From NCBI GenBank assembly GCA_029717555.1, contig JAMDHS010000050.1, positions 1 through 64,000 on the forward strand: DNA of 64,000 nt, in the 5' to 3' direction. Each line of letters opens with the position of its first letter. Position 1 is the first letter of the stretch. This document shows positions 48,131 to 61,716 of this stretch, in pieces. Both the position numbers and the translations under genes were made by a program. Below the pieces are notes generated by a model. It was not told the DNA's origin and searched no databases. It saw nothing but the letters and a program-made list of their open reading frames with translations. Source of the stretch: Peribolospora baueri. Its lineage: Eukaryota.

Positions 48131-48831
48131 TTAGTAGAAGAAGCCGAGCATCTTGCCCGCGACGTGCTTCCGCCTCGCCTCCTCGTGGTCCATGATGCCC
48201 GCAGACGTGGTCAGGACGATGTAGCCGAACGAACGAGCCGGGAGGAGCCTCTCGATCCACTGTGAACCGACAAAAACCATATTCGCCCGACCGTCAGTTT
48301 CATCTCATCGCACCGCCCTGACCATCGACCTAGGAGCTCTACAAATACGCACGTGCTCGATCTGACCAATCTTGACGTTGTAGCGGGGGGAGATGACACC
48401 GCACTTGTTGAGACGGCCGTTGAGCTGGATGACGATCTTGCCAGCCCGGTGGTCGTCGATCAACTCAAAGTCGTTGATGTAGCCTGGTGGTCACGCGAAC
48501 AGACTCGAGGCAGTCAGCACACCGACTTGTCTGTACCGAGCGACGCACTCGATGCATGTGCGGGGAAGAGGAACAGGCGAAACCACCCAACGATCCACTC
48601 ACCGTGCTTCTGCATGACACCGAGGAACTTGACGATGACCTTGGAAGAGGGGCGCACGAGCACCTGGCGCTTACCGCCTCGCTCGGCGTTGACAATGTTG
48701 TTCAGAGCATCGCTCTGAACGCGAGACAAGGTCCAAAAAGAACACAAGCTTAGGAGTGAGCAAGAGGGACTAATAATGATCGCTTGCCTTCACTTCGATC
48801 CGTCACTCACCAAGACGGAAACGCGGACCAT
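48131..48831 (-). CDS. RPS22: 40S ribosomal protein uS8 (S22/S15a), 4 exons
   Basis: [74 protein letters not shown]/..[26 protein letters not shown]. Confidence 0.96.
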
Positions 48832-49573
48832 GCTGGGCAGGAGATCTGTGTGAATCCAAGGCGCGCCATGACGAGCAGGACGGCAAGGAGACAGGAAAGC
48901 AAAGAAAAGCAAAAGGGGGGTGCACGCAAAGAAACGCCAGGGAAGACGGTGCCGGAGCGAGGTCAGGTCAGTCCTGCCTGGACGCTCCGGTCGCACTTCC
49001 CGAGTCAAAGACGAACAGGCGGACGGGGGGCTTTCAGCGCCCCGTCGCGGTCTGAGCGAGATGGTCCGGCGGCCCTCCCCTTCACCGCCCATCCTCCAAA
49101 TGAGTCCGTCCCATGGCCAGCTTGCCCTCCAACCCCGACCTCAACTTCCCAGCGACCCATCAGCCCAGCAAACCCTCTTCTAGAAGCCCTCCCCACCAGC
49201 CAAAGTGAGCCAATGCGCATGTCACCAACACTCTGCTCACCTTGAGGAGAAGCGGAACGAGCGTCGCCGTGTTAGGAAGGGATGGGTGATGTGATCCTTA
49301 GAACCGCTCGCCTTCTTCCAGGTGTCCAAGCTGGGTGCCGACCGCAGCACCGGTGTAACCCTAGTTCAGGGACCTGAGTTGTGGAGCTGTACAGCCCGAC
49401 CTCTTTGCAAGTTTGGCTGCGGCCGTGGTTTCAATTCCCACGCTGACTCGCCTGGGCCCCTCGGAAGTTGGTCGTGTCCGTCACCTCGTCGCAGTCACCG
49501 TTCTTCGTCCGGCACTCACACCCTTTCCACCCCCCCCAAGCTCCGTCAAGACCTCTCGTACGACTTTGTCAAC

Positions 49574-50673
49574 ATGGTTAGTGCCGTTGATGGTGGACTG
49601 GCTTATTGTTTGGGGCCTTGAGGCCGAAGTGCGGGCTTCCGATGCACGATCCGAAGGAGAAGACGAAGCAGGGTTGGAGGTGATGAATCATCGGTTGAGG
49701 GAGTTGGGGTTGGAGGATGATCGTGAAGCTTCAGGAAGCTCAGCCGGCGGTGACGTACTGGTGCGACGCAGAGACGTTGAGGTCGGTGCCAACGGCTGCG
49801 AGAAGAGTCGATGGACGGTATTGGCGGTCGGTCTGAGGAGGAAGCGCATGGAGCTGGTAGGAAGATGGCAGGCAAAGTTGGCGATGGGGGTTTCTCGTCA
49901 CTTCGTCTGTTCTATCCGTCGAAGCGAATCGCTGACCAGGACATCCACACCTACTTTCATGTTGCCGCCTGGCGTCTATTTCCCCCTTTTAATAGGGCCG
50001 CGTTCGCACCAAGACCGTCAAGCGCGCTTCTCGCGTCCTTATCGAGAAGTACTACCCCCGCCTCAACGCTTCTGACTTCCACACCAACAAGAAGGTGAGC
50101 TAAGCCGTCTGCGTTAGACGAGGGCACGAAGCGTGTGTGGAAGACAAAGAGTTGCAATTAAGGAGGGCATTTCGATTGTACCGTTTTTCTGCCTTAGGTC
50201 ATCGATGAGGTCGCCATCATCCCCTCCAAGCGCCTCCGCAACAAGATCGCTGGCTTCACCACTCACCTGATGAAGCGTATCCAGCGCGGTCCTGTCCGCG
50301 GCATTTCTTTCAAGTTGCAGGAGGAAGAGAGGGAAAGGAAGGTGAGGCTGTACTTTGCACTTTACATGGACGAGAGACGGTCGCGGCGGAATGAGGAGCG
50401 TGTCTCGGCGATATGGAAGCTTCGACTATCGCCCCACTCGACGTTTTGCTGACTCTTGTCTTTGCATCCCATCCCATCAATAAGGACAACTACGTCCCGG
50501 AGGTGTCTGCCCTGGACCCGTCGGTTGCCCCGCTCGAGGTGGACCCGGACACCAAGGAGTTGCTGCGGACGATGGGCTTCGACGGCCTCCCCGTCACCGT
50601 CACTGCCCCTGTCACCCTCCAGCAGCAGACCGAGCGCCGTGGTCGCTACGTCCCCGGTGCCGGCAGGCGCTAA
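49574..50673 (+). CDS. RPS17: 40S ribosomal protein eS17, 4 exons (first coding exon is the ATG only)
   Basis: [90 protein letters not shown]. Confidence 0.96.
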
Positions 50674-51406
50674 GCAACCACTTATCCGTTGTTCCCGTAT
50701 CGGACGTGGTGGGAGCCGCGTGCGAGCTGGACAGGCCTCGCAGGGGCGGGCGTCGCGTTCGTTGTATGATTGCTTAACTCCCTCCACACATCGAGGACGT
50801 GTATGCTTTCTTTTTCTCTCCATGTCATGACGCGCACTATCAACTACCTGTCCTTGGCCCCGTGCCTGTGTGTACGAGTGAAGCTGGGTCCTCGGCCTAG
50901 ACTACGTCAGGTCGGGTCAGGGCGCCATGTCGATCTTGTTCATGCATCCTATTGCGCTCCGCCGATCCGCGACTCAATCCCGCTTCCTCTGACGATGCGA
51001 AAAGGCGACCATGCTACAAGCACGGCCTTCGTTTCCAAGTGAGCGTACAGCCAATCCCCACCGGGGAATCTCGGACAGAGCGACGAGCTCAACGAGTCGA
51101 GTAAAATTGCACCCTCAAGGATTATCGTGTGATTATTGCCATGATGCGTCTGCCCATGTCTATCGTACAGGATGCGGTTCGGTCACGGAGCGGGGGTTGA
51201 AGATGGAGATGGAGGCGGAGGTGGAGACGGAGACGGAGGCGGAGGTGGAGGTGGAGATGGAGATAGACGGTGCTTGGATTCGGACCAGGGGAAGGGCTGC
51301 GAGGTTTCGAAAGCCAAAGCGGCCCGGCGCGGTGCCCTTCTCCGAACCAGCGTCGGGAACGGGGTCTGCGCCGCCCTTCGTCCGATCGTCGCTCTTCCTC
51401 AAAGGG

Positions 51407-51941
51407 CTATGATGAAGATGTCGATGTTGAGGAGGACGAGGAAGACGAAGACGAAGATGAGGAGGAGGACCAGGCGGGGTGAGTGGCCGGGAAAGGGAAC
51501 GGGTGCTCTGCTCGAGCCTCGTCCACCATTTCTTGCAGGCCTTTGGCTTTTACAGCTCGCTGTGAGGAGGCGGGCGAGGCGGCGTGAGTATCGTGGCGAG
51601 CAGAGGACGAAATGAGAAGGTACAAAAAGGTCAGCAAAAGTCAAACAAAGGTCGAGCTCGTCGGTGCCATCTATGCACTGCTCGCGAGCTCTCACGGAGG
51701 GAAGCAGCAGAGCGGCTCTCCCTTCACGTTGACCAAGCGGACCACCCACGACGACGCTCACCCTCACGCAATCCCGATACTCTCTGTAAAGTTGTCCACA
51801 CTCCCTCTCATACTCCTCCTGCCTCGCCTTCCTCGCCGGGTCGTCCGGAGGCGCAGGCTTAAGATACCCTTCGAACCAGTGATTGAAGCAGGCGTCGTAA
51901 CGCGCCTTGAGCGGAGTGCATTCGGGCGAAAGTGAGTTCAT
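51407..51941 (-). CDS. MDM35: Mdm35/TRIAP1 twin CX9C mitochondrial intermembrane-space protein
   Basis: MNSLSPECTPLKARYDACFNHWFEGYL..ECGQLYREYRDCVR, intron 51560-51761, then RAVKAKGLQEMVDEARAEHPF and a poly-Ser tail. Confidence 0.9.
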
Positions 51942-52406
51942 CGTCGGCGGCGGGGGGGGAGGGGTGCTGGCGTTTTCCCTTGTCAGAGCGGCGATGACGA
52001 TGATAAGTTGGAGGGGAGGCCAAAAAGGGGAGTGACGGGGGGCGTCATACGAAATAACAAAGCACAGCGTCGGTTGAAGAGCCGTCCTGATCGGTCTTCA
52101 TTTGTTTCCGCAGTTCTTCTCCTCCACACTCACTTCCACTTCCACCCTACGGTCGTGACATGACGATCGTCGACGAACAGTTGACAAGCCCAATCCAATC
52201 GTCTCCGTCCCGCCTAACAGATACACATTCGATTCACGTGAGCGCTCCCCCGTCGTACCCGACATGCAAATGAGTGTGGGTGTGTTGCTGGACCGGGGGG
52301 TATGAATGATCTTCGGATATGGGAGATCAGAACGAGGCAGATGTGGTGAGTGGGGGACATGGGCGAAGGGCTGAGAAGGGAAGACGGAGAGAAGGAATGG
52401 ATGAAG

Positions 52407-52436
52407 GATAGATAGATAGATAGATAGATAGATAGA
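52407..52436. repeat. (GATA)7 microsatellite
   Basis: Perfect GATA array just downstream of the ATG13 stop. Confidence 0.92.
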
Positions 52437-52471
52437 CCAAACGTGCGCCCAATCTACTCGAGGCGAACGAC

Positions 52472-55400
52472 TCAGGGCGAAGAATCCCGCTCCCGCCCAA
52501 GCTCCCTCTCACCCTGCCCCTGTCCTTGTCCCTGACTGTGCCACTGCCCCTGCCCATGCCCGAGGATCTGACCTCCCTGTCCGCTCCGACTTCTCGCCCT
52601 CTCCCTTCCTTGCCCGACGCCGGGCTGCATGCGCCGATAGGGGCTCAAACTCGGACTTCCCACCCTGCTCCCCACCCCCGCTCCTGCTCCTCCCCCGCCC
52701 ACCGTGCCGCGGCCTCCTCTCCCCGCGAAGCCGCTGCCGAACTCTCTCGCCAGTTGCGCGTCCTCGTCTCGACGGCGTTCCCTGTCCCTCTCTCGAGCAG
52801 TGATCTGAGGTGGTGCGCCGCGCAAGCTTCCCGTCGGGCTGGTGCCGACAACGGAAAACGGAGCGGAGTAGGGAATCGGCGACAACGCCCGGGGGCTCGC
52901 CGTGGCGCCGGCGCCGGCACCGGCGTAGCCGCCAGCGAGGTGTTCGCCTTCTTCCTCCGTCTCCGCCAGTTCCAATCGACCAACAGGTTCGTCATCGAAG
53001 AGGTCGAGTGAACGACGATGGCGTCCACGAGCGTCGCCTCCACCTTGTTGCGGCGGCGTCGTGCCGCCGCCCGGGCCAGTCACCATGCCCGCCGAACCGC
53101 TGCCCGAACCGCTGGCGCTGGCGCTGCCGGTAGTGGCGAAGCGCCGGTAGTGGCGCTCGCGATCGCGCCGTTCGTATCGCTGCGTCGCTTCCACGCTGGA
53201 AGTGCAGGGGGAGGCAGAGCGAGAGCGCTCTCCTGTCGCAGCGCCACTCTCCAGCTCGCGGCTCAGCTCCGCGTCACTGACTTCGGCGCCTTCGCCGGCA
53301 GACTCGCTCCGAACGTCACGACCGTGCGCCGCCGACTCATACTGCACCCTTGTGACCGGAGCAGCGACGGGGACAGATTTGGCGAACGGCGGACCTGCCT
53401 GACGACTGCGAAGCACGCTCGGCCCTACGCGGTAAGCCATCTCGGAACCGCGAGCGGTTGCCTGCGCTTCAAACTGCTGCTGTACGGGGCTTAGAGCGCC
53501 GGCCATGTCCTTCGACAAGCCGCTTCCAGCCGGTTCCGCGCGAGTCAAAGCGAGCGAGCTGGCCATACGGGCGAGCATCTCGTCGACGTGGCTTCGGCTG
53601 AGAATTATGCTACCCCCCTTGAGGGCCGTCATCTGGACGCCTCCAAGGCTGCCAGAGGCGGGGCGACCAAACGACCTGCGGTACGCGCCTCTCTCACTTC
53701 CGCCGTCCGTGCCTTCTGCCGTGCCCGCGCTGGCGATGCGCCAATCTCCACGGGCACGAATTGTCAGTGCTCCGCGTGCAGTAGGCGCATCTTCAAACCC
53801 TGGCTCCATTTGAGCGCCCAAGAGCAGCGAATGAGCCAGATCGGGTCTCGAGTCGATCATCTTCACAAACTCGCCTATCTCCTTCTCAGCAGAGGACGCG
53901 GTTTGACCATCTCCTCTGCTGCCTCCGAAAGACGAGGCCGAGGACGGACGTGGCCTTTGGCTGAGCGCAAAGGCTCCGCCGGCGCCGGAGGTAGACGCCT
54001 CCGTCTGCCGAACTGAAGAACCCCAGGAGCGCCTAGCGAACGCGCCAGTGGGAGCGGGAACGGAGCCTTGACCAGAAGCGGAACCACCTGATGCGGACGG
54101 CTCCGGTCCGCTGCTGCCACCTTCACTGTCCTGACTTCCGCTCGCCGGTGTACTTGTGGCCGCCGTGGTCGCGCCGCCACCGCCGCTGCCCGCTTGCGCC
54201 ACCCGTCCGGACCTGGGCGTCTGGTTGCTGCTGTACCGCTCGATGAGTTGCGAGGGTGCCACGCTCGTCCCCGGAGCGCCGCCGCCGCTGCTAGGCGAAC
54301 TGCTGGCTGTGCCGCGCTGCTGCGTCGTGATGCTCGCAGGTGGCAGGCTCGTGTTGCTGAGTGCGCTCGGCGAATGTGGGCTGTAAGGCTGGAAGACGCT
54401 CTTCAAGCTGCTGCCGCCGGAGGTGAAACTGCGCTGGCCGGGGCTGTGACTATATGCGGCCATGCGGGCCGCAGGATGCTGCGGAGAATGAGATTGCGCT
54501 TCCTCAAAACCGACCTCTCGGGCCAACGGGGAAGGCGACGGATACGACGAAGGGCTGAACGAGGACGGCCTGCTCGGAGACGAGGACAGCGGCATGGCGC
54601 CGGTCCTGGACGAGCTTCCATAGCTCGTTCCCAGAGGCGGCCTCCGAGAACTGCCAATACCGGAAGACGGCGAAGGAGGTGCGTTCTCCCCGCCAACGCT
54701 TCCCGGAGCGCCTTCCATGAAGCTGGTGCGCCGCGCCCTCAACGACCCCGAACTGCCCGGCCGACCGAGGGCCAAAAAGGCCGGCTCGGCGCCTCCGCCG
54801 ATGGAAGGACGACGGGCGGAGCGAGGAGCGGAAATAGGTAACGCCCCTCCCGGGACCGGGCTGGCTCGACCGGGCGAGGGTGGCGAATCGGTCAACGGCG
54901 TGCCGGCAGCAATGGTCGCGAGCTGACTTGACGACGCAAACGACGAAGGGCGCCGAACACGGGTTTCCTCGCTATTGGTGCGCCAAAGCGGGCTCGAAGG
55001 AGGGACGGCCTCGCTGGGTAGACCGGACTGAATGGGATCGACAGGCGCGGATGCGTGCCTTGTAGGGAAGCTACCCATAGGGGACCGGCGGTCCGCCGAC
55101 GTAGAGAGCAAAGGCCGTTGTCGTCCCGCCGAAGACGTGCGCACTCCCGGGCTCGGCAAAGAAGTCTACAGGACGGTAAAAACACGAATGAGGGCAGGGC
55201 GTGAGCGAACCAGCTCAGCTCGACGAAAAAATTGTAAGGATACACGTACCCCGAATGCTCCCTTGTCGCCGAAACTTCCGCTCGTCCGCTTGGCGTGCTT
55301 CGCCATCGTAGGCGTGAAGTAGTCTTCATCCATCTCGATGAATTTGAGAGACATGAGACTCTCAAAGTCGTCCACACTAAACTCCACTTGAGTGCGATAA

Positions 55401-57302
55401 GTTACCGAGGTGTGCAGCGAACTGTGAAGAGGGAGCCGGTGATCGAGACCGTGGAATAATCAGGATGGGACGGGACGGAAAATAGAAAGCAAGACCGGAG
55501 GGCAGGCAGACGTACCCGAAAGGCGTCAAAATCGGCGAGAACTCGTGAACCTCGATCTCAGACTCGGTCTCGCCCTCTGTGCCCTCCGTGCCTTCGTGCT
55601 GAGCCTCCAGATCAATCCTGTCGTCGAGACCGATCCCCTGCTCCGCCCAGGGCTCTTCCTCTCCCACGCCGCCCATGCGCATTCGGCACCCAATCCTCAG
55701 CCCTCCGACCGCCTTGCTGGTAGCACTCGTCGTCGTGTGCTGGCGCATGCGCTTGAGACGCCTGTATAGGCGGCAAGACGGAAGGAAGTGTGCCATCGTA
55801 TACAACGTGCGAAAATGGATGATGGAGCGCTTGTACAGCGTAGGCAGTTCCGGTGGGTTGGGAGGCGCATATGGCCTGCAGCACGAAAGGAGGACAGCCC
55901 TGTCAGATCCGACAAGCAGTCGTGCGCGCGTGAAGTTGTCTTGGCTAGCCGACGATACGCAGGGCATGGCGACTCACCGCAACTCCAACTTCCAGCTCTC
56001 TAAAACAACGTTCTTCGGCTCGGTGGCGAGAGCCTCCTCGCCGTCGGCCGTTCCGCCCTCCGCGACCGACTCCTTGCCCTTGCCCTTGCTCTGTCCCTGA
56101 TCCCCAATCGCGACACTACTCCCGACCCGGACCCTCCTGCCGTCGTTGCGCGTGAGCATCAGCACTCGTCCCTTCTCTAGACTGCTCGTGTCCAAAAGCA
56201 CGTCAATGATCATGGGAGCCACCGCGCCCTCGAGGTTGAATGCTCTCTCTTCCATTCCAGTGAGGCCCGAACCCGGCGAAGGAGAGGAAGCCACTGGAGG
56301 CGCCGCTGTCGGATCGGTGACGAAAGAGGGGAGAAGAGATGAGACCGAACGCCAGGATCGGAGCTCGTCCCTAAACACGTCCGTGTCCTCGAGCTCCAGG
56401 TTGAACTTTTCGACGAGCAAAATGTGGGCGAAGAGGTGAGTTAATGAGCAACCCCGGAGACGAGAACGCGGCCTTAGCCACACGACGTATGCCACAAGAA
56501 CTGTACGCTGCGGGGATAACATTCAACTCACCCATTTACTGATCTTTCGTCCGGTACCGCCTCCGGATTTGCCCGTGCCGGGAGCGATCTGGTGCGATTG
56601 CTGCTGAAACGAGCCGGGGCTGCTGTTCCCCGAGTCGGTGCGCTGGCGCACACTTGGGAAGGGCAGCATCGAAGGAGAGTCGTAGTGGGTGAGCCGGCAA
56701 TGAGTGATCACGGAGGAAGTCTTGGAGAAGAAATGCTGGAGGATGAGGATGGGCGTCAAGGTCAAAAAAGGAAAAATCAATGATGAATTTGAGCGTGCGC
56801 ATTCCCTCTCCGTCCAGTGCGAGATGGGTAGACCAGCTTGATGCGGGCCACCCACCTGAATGATCTGATCGACTTTCTGGTTCCTCCCTGACACAGCTGC
56901 TGTCACACCGGCCCCATTCCCGCCCCCGCCCACGCCAGAAGGGCCACCTTCCCTCTGAGAACCGGACGGAGAGGGCGTCGAGCTCATTTGTGCACTTCCC
57001 CCAGCACGCGGGTGGCTCGTCGTGGGATCATGTTGAGGTCGCTGATGAGTCGAGGTAGATCCTGAGCTGGTGCCGTAGGCGTGACCGTGCCCGCCGGCAT
57101 ACACGCCATAGCCGACAGAGCCTGGATTCGTCGACGGGTCAATGGTGGTCGTCGGCGATGGGGCGGAAGGGGAGCGCGGATGCGCTGTACGAGGAGAGCC
57201 ATGCGGATAGGGCAGGGGCACGGGAGAGGCAGGCGCGGAGGGTTGATGAGGCGGGGAGGAGCTAAGGTGAGCAAGCCGGCCCAAGGGAAAGGGGGAGGTC
57301 AT
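52472..57302 (-). CDS. ATG13: Autophagy-related protein 13 (N-terminal HORMA domain plus long disordered region)
   Basis: KVDQIIQHFFSKT..CRL, KWFNLEL..FRDELRSWR, VVLESW, ELPTLYKRSIIHFRTLYT..LP, TPFG, YR..FSVDDFESLMSLKF..YFTPT, then an 895-codon S/P-rich ORF. The start ATG is inferred. Confidence 0.85.
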
Positions 57303-58154
57303 TCGCTCAAAGAAAAAGATGAGGTCATTCGCTCGCTCGCCTGCGCCCGGTGAGCGGTGGCAGGTGTGGGGTAAGGGATTCGCGGGGTGGCCTGGCGCGG
57401 GACGACGGTGGCGGTGTCCAGGTAGTCCGACTTGGTTCACGGACAATTACGTGGTGGGGATGGTGGTGGTGAAAATGGTATTGGTGACGGCGGTGGTCGT
57501 GGTCAACAGGAGGAGGACGTGGGCTCGATAGGGGAACGATAGCCGCCACAAGCAAGAGGCCCGAATGGAACAAGCACGTCAGCAACGGTAGCCGGGCCGG
57601 GGATATAAGAGGCGGGCCGAACGCGGGGCTGGCGAAGGCAAAAGAGGTGAAAGATGGATGGCGGCGGCGGCGTCAGCGCGGAGACGGTTGTCGTCTGCGG
57701 TCCGTTGAGAGGAGGAACAGCAAACTGGTCGGGGAAATTGCGCGAGCGCAAGCGCGACTCGATCTGCGAATGCGGCGTTGCGAGGTGCGCTTGCGCTTCG
57801 TCGCGTCCGAGCCGGCGCGGATGACGCAACGCAAGAGGGCGAGTGGATAGGAGGAAGAGAAGAAGGACGAGTGTCCAGCTAGCTCCCTGATATGGCGGTC
57901 GTGATGGAGGTGGTGGACAGCAGCTCGACCCTCGTCCGAGTCCGAGCCGCCCTTGCGTATCGGTCGGTACGCTGGCTATGGCGCGGGGAGTCACGTGACA
58001 GATATGGATAGGGGACAGTACAAGGCCGGTCTAATGGGCATTAGCGCGGGCGTGAATGCGAGTGGGACGAGATTAGTGATCTTGCGTCGGCCAAGGCAAC
58101 GTCGGGTGATGAAGACCGGACCGTCGTCGAACGTGTTGGTCGACCCCGATCTCG

Positions 58155-61100
58155 ATGGCAGCGCCAGCATCGTCTTCTTCCTCCCTCGGCGGAGATCGAT
58201 TTGGGCTCTCCGTCGACAAGGACGTCGAGAACCAACCCGGCCCCTCTGAGACGGAGCCTCTACTGGGGCGCATCAGGCAAAGGCTCGACAGCACGCTGAG
58301 CGGTCCGACCGGCGGGAGCAGCAGGAGTAGCAGCAAGAGCCGTGATGGCAAGGAGAGGGCGAGCGTGTGTGGCAATCCAGAGGACGAGGGGACCGACGGG
58401 TTTGGCGCTGGACGTAAGTGGTGCTCGGCGCGGCGCCAGCATTGGAGAGGCGAGCCGGCATACAGCTCGCCATCGCATCCAAACTCCCTGACGTCCTCGC
58501 TTGCTTTCCTTCTCCCAGCCTCGGGAAACCTAGCTCAGATCTACTCGTCCTGCCCGGGGACACCTCCGTCGCACTTTCATAGCGAGTGCTCTTCAGGCGC
58601 CCACACGCCCGTAGGCTCCACCACCCCACACCAGGGAGGCCCCCTCTCGCCTGCTTCGTTTGCCATACCTGCGCAGGAGAACAAGGTCGTGGATAAGCTC
58701 AAGCATTGGAAAAAAAGGAGCCATTACTATGTGCCCATATTGGCGTGGATGAAGGAGTACGAATGGAATCGGTGCGTGTCTCAGGTGCAGACTGGAAATC
58801 CTTATGGCTGTCGCACTCACAACGCCACCCATCTTCTTGGCCCGGCCTGACTGCAGCTTCACGAACGATCTAGTCGCTGGACTGACAGTGAGCAATCTCT
58901 CTCTCTCTCTCTCGCTGAATCAACGTTGCTGTATTTTCTCTTTAACGCTTGTCATTTTCCTCCCCTTGTGTGTGTCCCGCATCGATAGGTCGCCTGCGTC
59001 CTCATCCCACTGTCCATGTCGTACGCCGCCGGTCTGGCCCACCTCAATCCCGTGCACGGTCTTTGGTCCGCATGCATTCCGCCCGTAATTTACGCCATCC
59101 TCGGGTCCTGTCGGTGAGCGCGCAACAGGCTCATCTCTCCTCCAGGAGGAGTTCTCATGATCGCCATATTAAACAATCTCGCTTATTCCGATCCCACACA
59201 GCCATTTGAACCTCAGCCCTGAAGCGACGATCTCTCTTCTCATCGGCCAGACCATAAAGGCGAACGTGTACGCCGACCCGCACAACGTTCCTGTGGACCC
59301 TGACGTGGCCGGGGTGATCATCTCAACACTGATCACCTTTGAGGTGCGTTCCCGAGCCAACAAAAGCGCATCGCTGTCTGTTGAGCTTGGTCTCGCTGAG
59401 TGGTAGATTGATCTTTGCGCATTATCTCTCCTGTCGCTCCTCTATGCACAGACCGGTATCTTCACCCTTATCCTCGGCCTCTTCCGCTTTGGTTTCCTCG
59501 ACTCGGTTTTGAATAGAGCGCTTTTGAGAGGTTTCATCACCGCGGTAGTAAGTTTGCAATCCTGTAGACCGTCACCCGTTCCGCCTTCTCTGTCTATGGA
59601 CATATCTTTGCTCATCATTTGTCGTCGCTCCCCGTGTCGCCTAGGCCTTCGTAGTATTCATCGAACAGCTCTCGCCCCTACTTCGTCTACCCTTCCCGAC
59701 AAGCTCGCACGGCCCTCACACATCGATCGCCAAGCTAAGGTATCTCTTCCAAAACCTCCACGAGGCGCACGCCCTCAGTGCCGCTCTCGGCGTTGGGTTG
59801 CTCCTCTCCCTCATCGCAATGCGCTTCGCCAAGGAATTCATCGCCAGACAGGGCGAGAGGAGAGGAAAGAGCTGGCAGTGGGTCCGGCTCTTCCCGGAGA
59901 TCTTGGTGACGGTTATCGTTTGCACGAGTATGTTTCTCCCTCGCTTTCGTTTATGCCTCCGCGGAGAGAAGGAACGAGAGCTGCATGCTGATCCCGACGT
60001 TCTTCCGCTCTCGTCCCGTTCATAACACCACTATTCTTTTTCAGTCCTCACCGAGCGCCTCCGCCTTGACAAGCGTGGTATCGAAGTGCTCGGTCCGCTC
60101 AATGTGAATGGCCTAGAGAGTGCAAAGATCACGTTTCCGCTCCACAACCTCGGAAAGACTGGTTGGAAGTGGGTTAGAGATGTGTCGGGCACAGCTATGA
60201 CGATCGCCATCGTCGGTGAGTTGGACGCGGGGGGCGTGAGCGTTCTGCAAGTCATCCATTTTTGGCTGGTCTCGTCGGTTGTACTACCTTGCAGGCCTTT
60301 GACGACGGCTTCCGCCTTTGCCCCTCACAGGCTACATTGAATCCATCGTAGCCAGCAAGGCGCTCACTTCGCACTTCGGCTACGCGATGTCTCCGAACCG
60401 CGAGATGGTCGCCCTCGGCACCGCCAACGCCCTCGCTTCCTTCGTCCCCGGCACCATCCCTGCCTTCGGGTCTATCACGCGCTCCATACTGGCCGTAGAA
60501 GCGGGCGCGTACTCGCAGATGTACCAAATTGTCAACTCCGTCTTCGTCTTCCTCACCATCGCCTTCCTCGTGCCGTTCTTCCATTTCGTCCCCAAGCCCG
60601 GATTGAGCGCCGTCATCTTGCTCGTCGTCGCGGGCATCCTGAAGGAATTGCCGCACGACCTCAAGTTTTGGTGGAGATTGAGGGCGTGGAGGGATCTCTG
60701 TCTGTTCGCTTTCACCTTTGCCATTTGCATTGCTTGGAGTTTGCAGGTGAGTGTGCCGCCACCCCACCCGTCCCGGCTCGCTCGGAACTGCTTAACGGAC
60801 TCGCTTCCCTCGCCGCGTAACGTCGTACCTTTCGACAGATGGGTGTTCTCATCTCCCTTTCCATCTCCGTCCTCCTCGTGATCAAACAAGCCACACGCGC
60901 GCGCGTCGTCATCCTGGGAAAGGTGAAAGGCTCGGATCGGTGGAGACCTATCGATGCGGACGAGGAGTACGAGGAGGAGCTCGGCCTTCGCGAGCCAAAG
61001 GAAGAGATCAGCGGCGTCTTGATAGTGAGGATCAAAGAGGAGCTCAACTTTGGTGAGTTCGTTAACAAGCTCAAGACGGTATGAGCCGCGCGACAGCCCC

Positions 61101-61716
61101 TCCGTCCGCTCACCCCTTCTCGCTGCTCTTCCGTCGCCCCTCCCCCTGGTTGCGGAGCAGGTAACGCTGGCTACATCAAAGAGCGCCTCCGTCGTCTGGA
61201 GCTATACGGAGCTGCCAATGTACACCCGTCCGAAGCTAGGAGACGAGAGGCTGCCAAGTTCATTGTTTTCCACATGGGCGACGTGGGCAGTATCGATTCG
61301 AGGTGCGTCCTCGCTTCCACGACCAGTCGTCGTGCTTGCTGCGTCGAGCCACGCCCGTCTGACCGTCTTCGACGAACACTTGCATTTCACGTTAAGTGCC
61401 ATTCAAATCTTCGACGAGATTGTGAGATCGTACGTGAGGAAAGGCGTCGATGGTAGGCAACTGTCTGGTCCAGATCGTCTATTTCTTTCTTTGCTGGTGC
61501 TAGATTGCTCCATTCACATGATCGCTCTCGATCTCGCCTCGTCCCTCGTCCACAGTTTTTTTCTGCCACGTTCGTTACAGAGAGCGCAGTCAGTTCGAGC
61601 GCGCCGGCATTGTTTCTCTGCTTGGACGGGACCATTTCACCGTCGATGTGGGCAGCGCCCTGCATTACATTCACCATGACGCAGGCTGGAATCCGCGGGG
61701 TATGGGTGGACGGTGA
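58155..61716 (+). CDS. SulP/SLC26 family anion (sulfate) transporter with STAS domain, multi-exon
   Basis: YYVPILAW..Y, DLVAGLTVA.VLIPLSMSYA, GFLDSVLNRALLRGFITAV, GYIESIVASK..SPNREMVALGTAN..IPAFGSITRS, GVLIVRIKEELNFGN..KERLRRLE and a STAS C-terminus. Stop at 61714-61716. Confidence 0.9.

Noticed and set aside
49413..50075. 220-aa ORF overlapping the RPS17 start
   Set aside because: Runs through the RPS17 promoter and first intron, starts at a non-ATG codon and shows no protein-like features.
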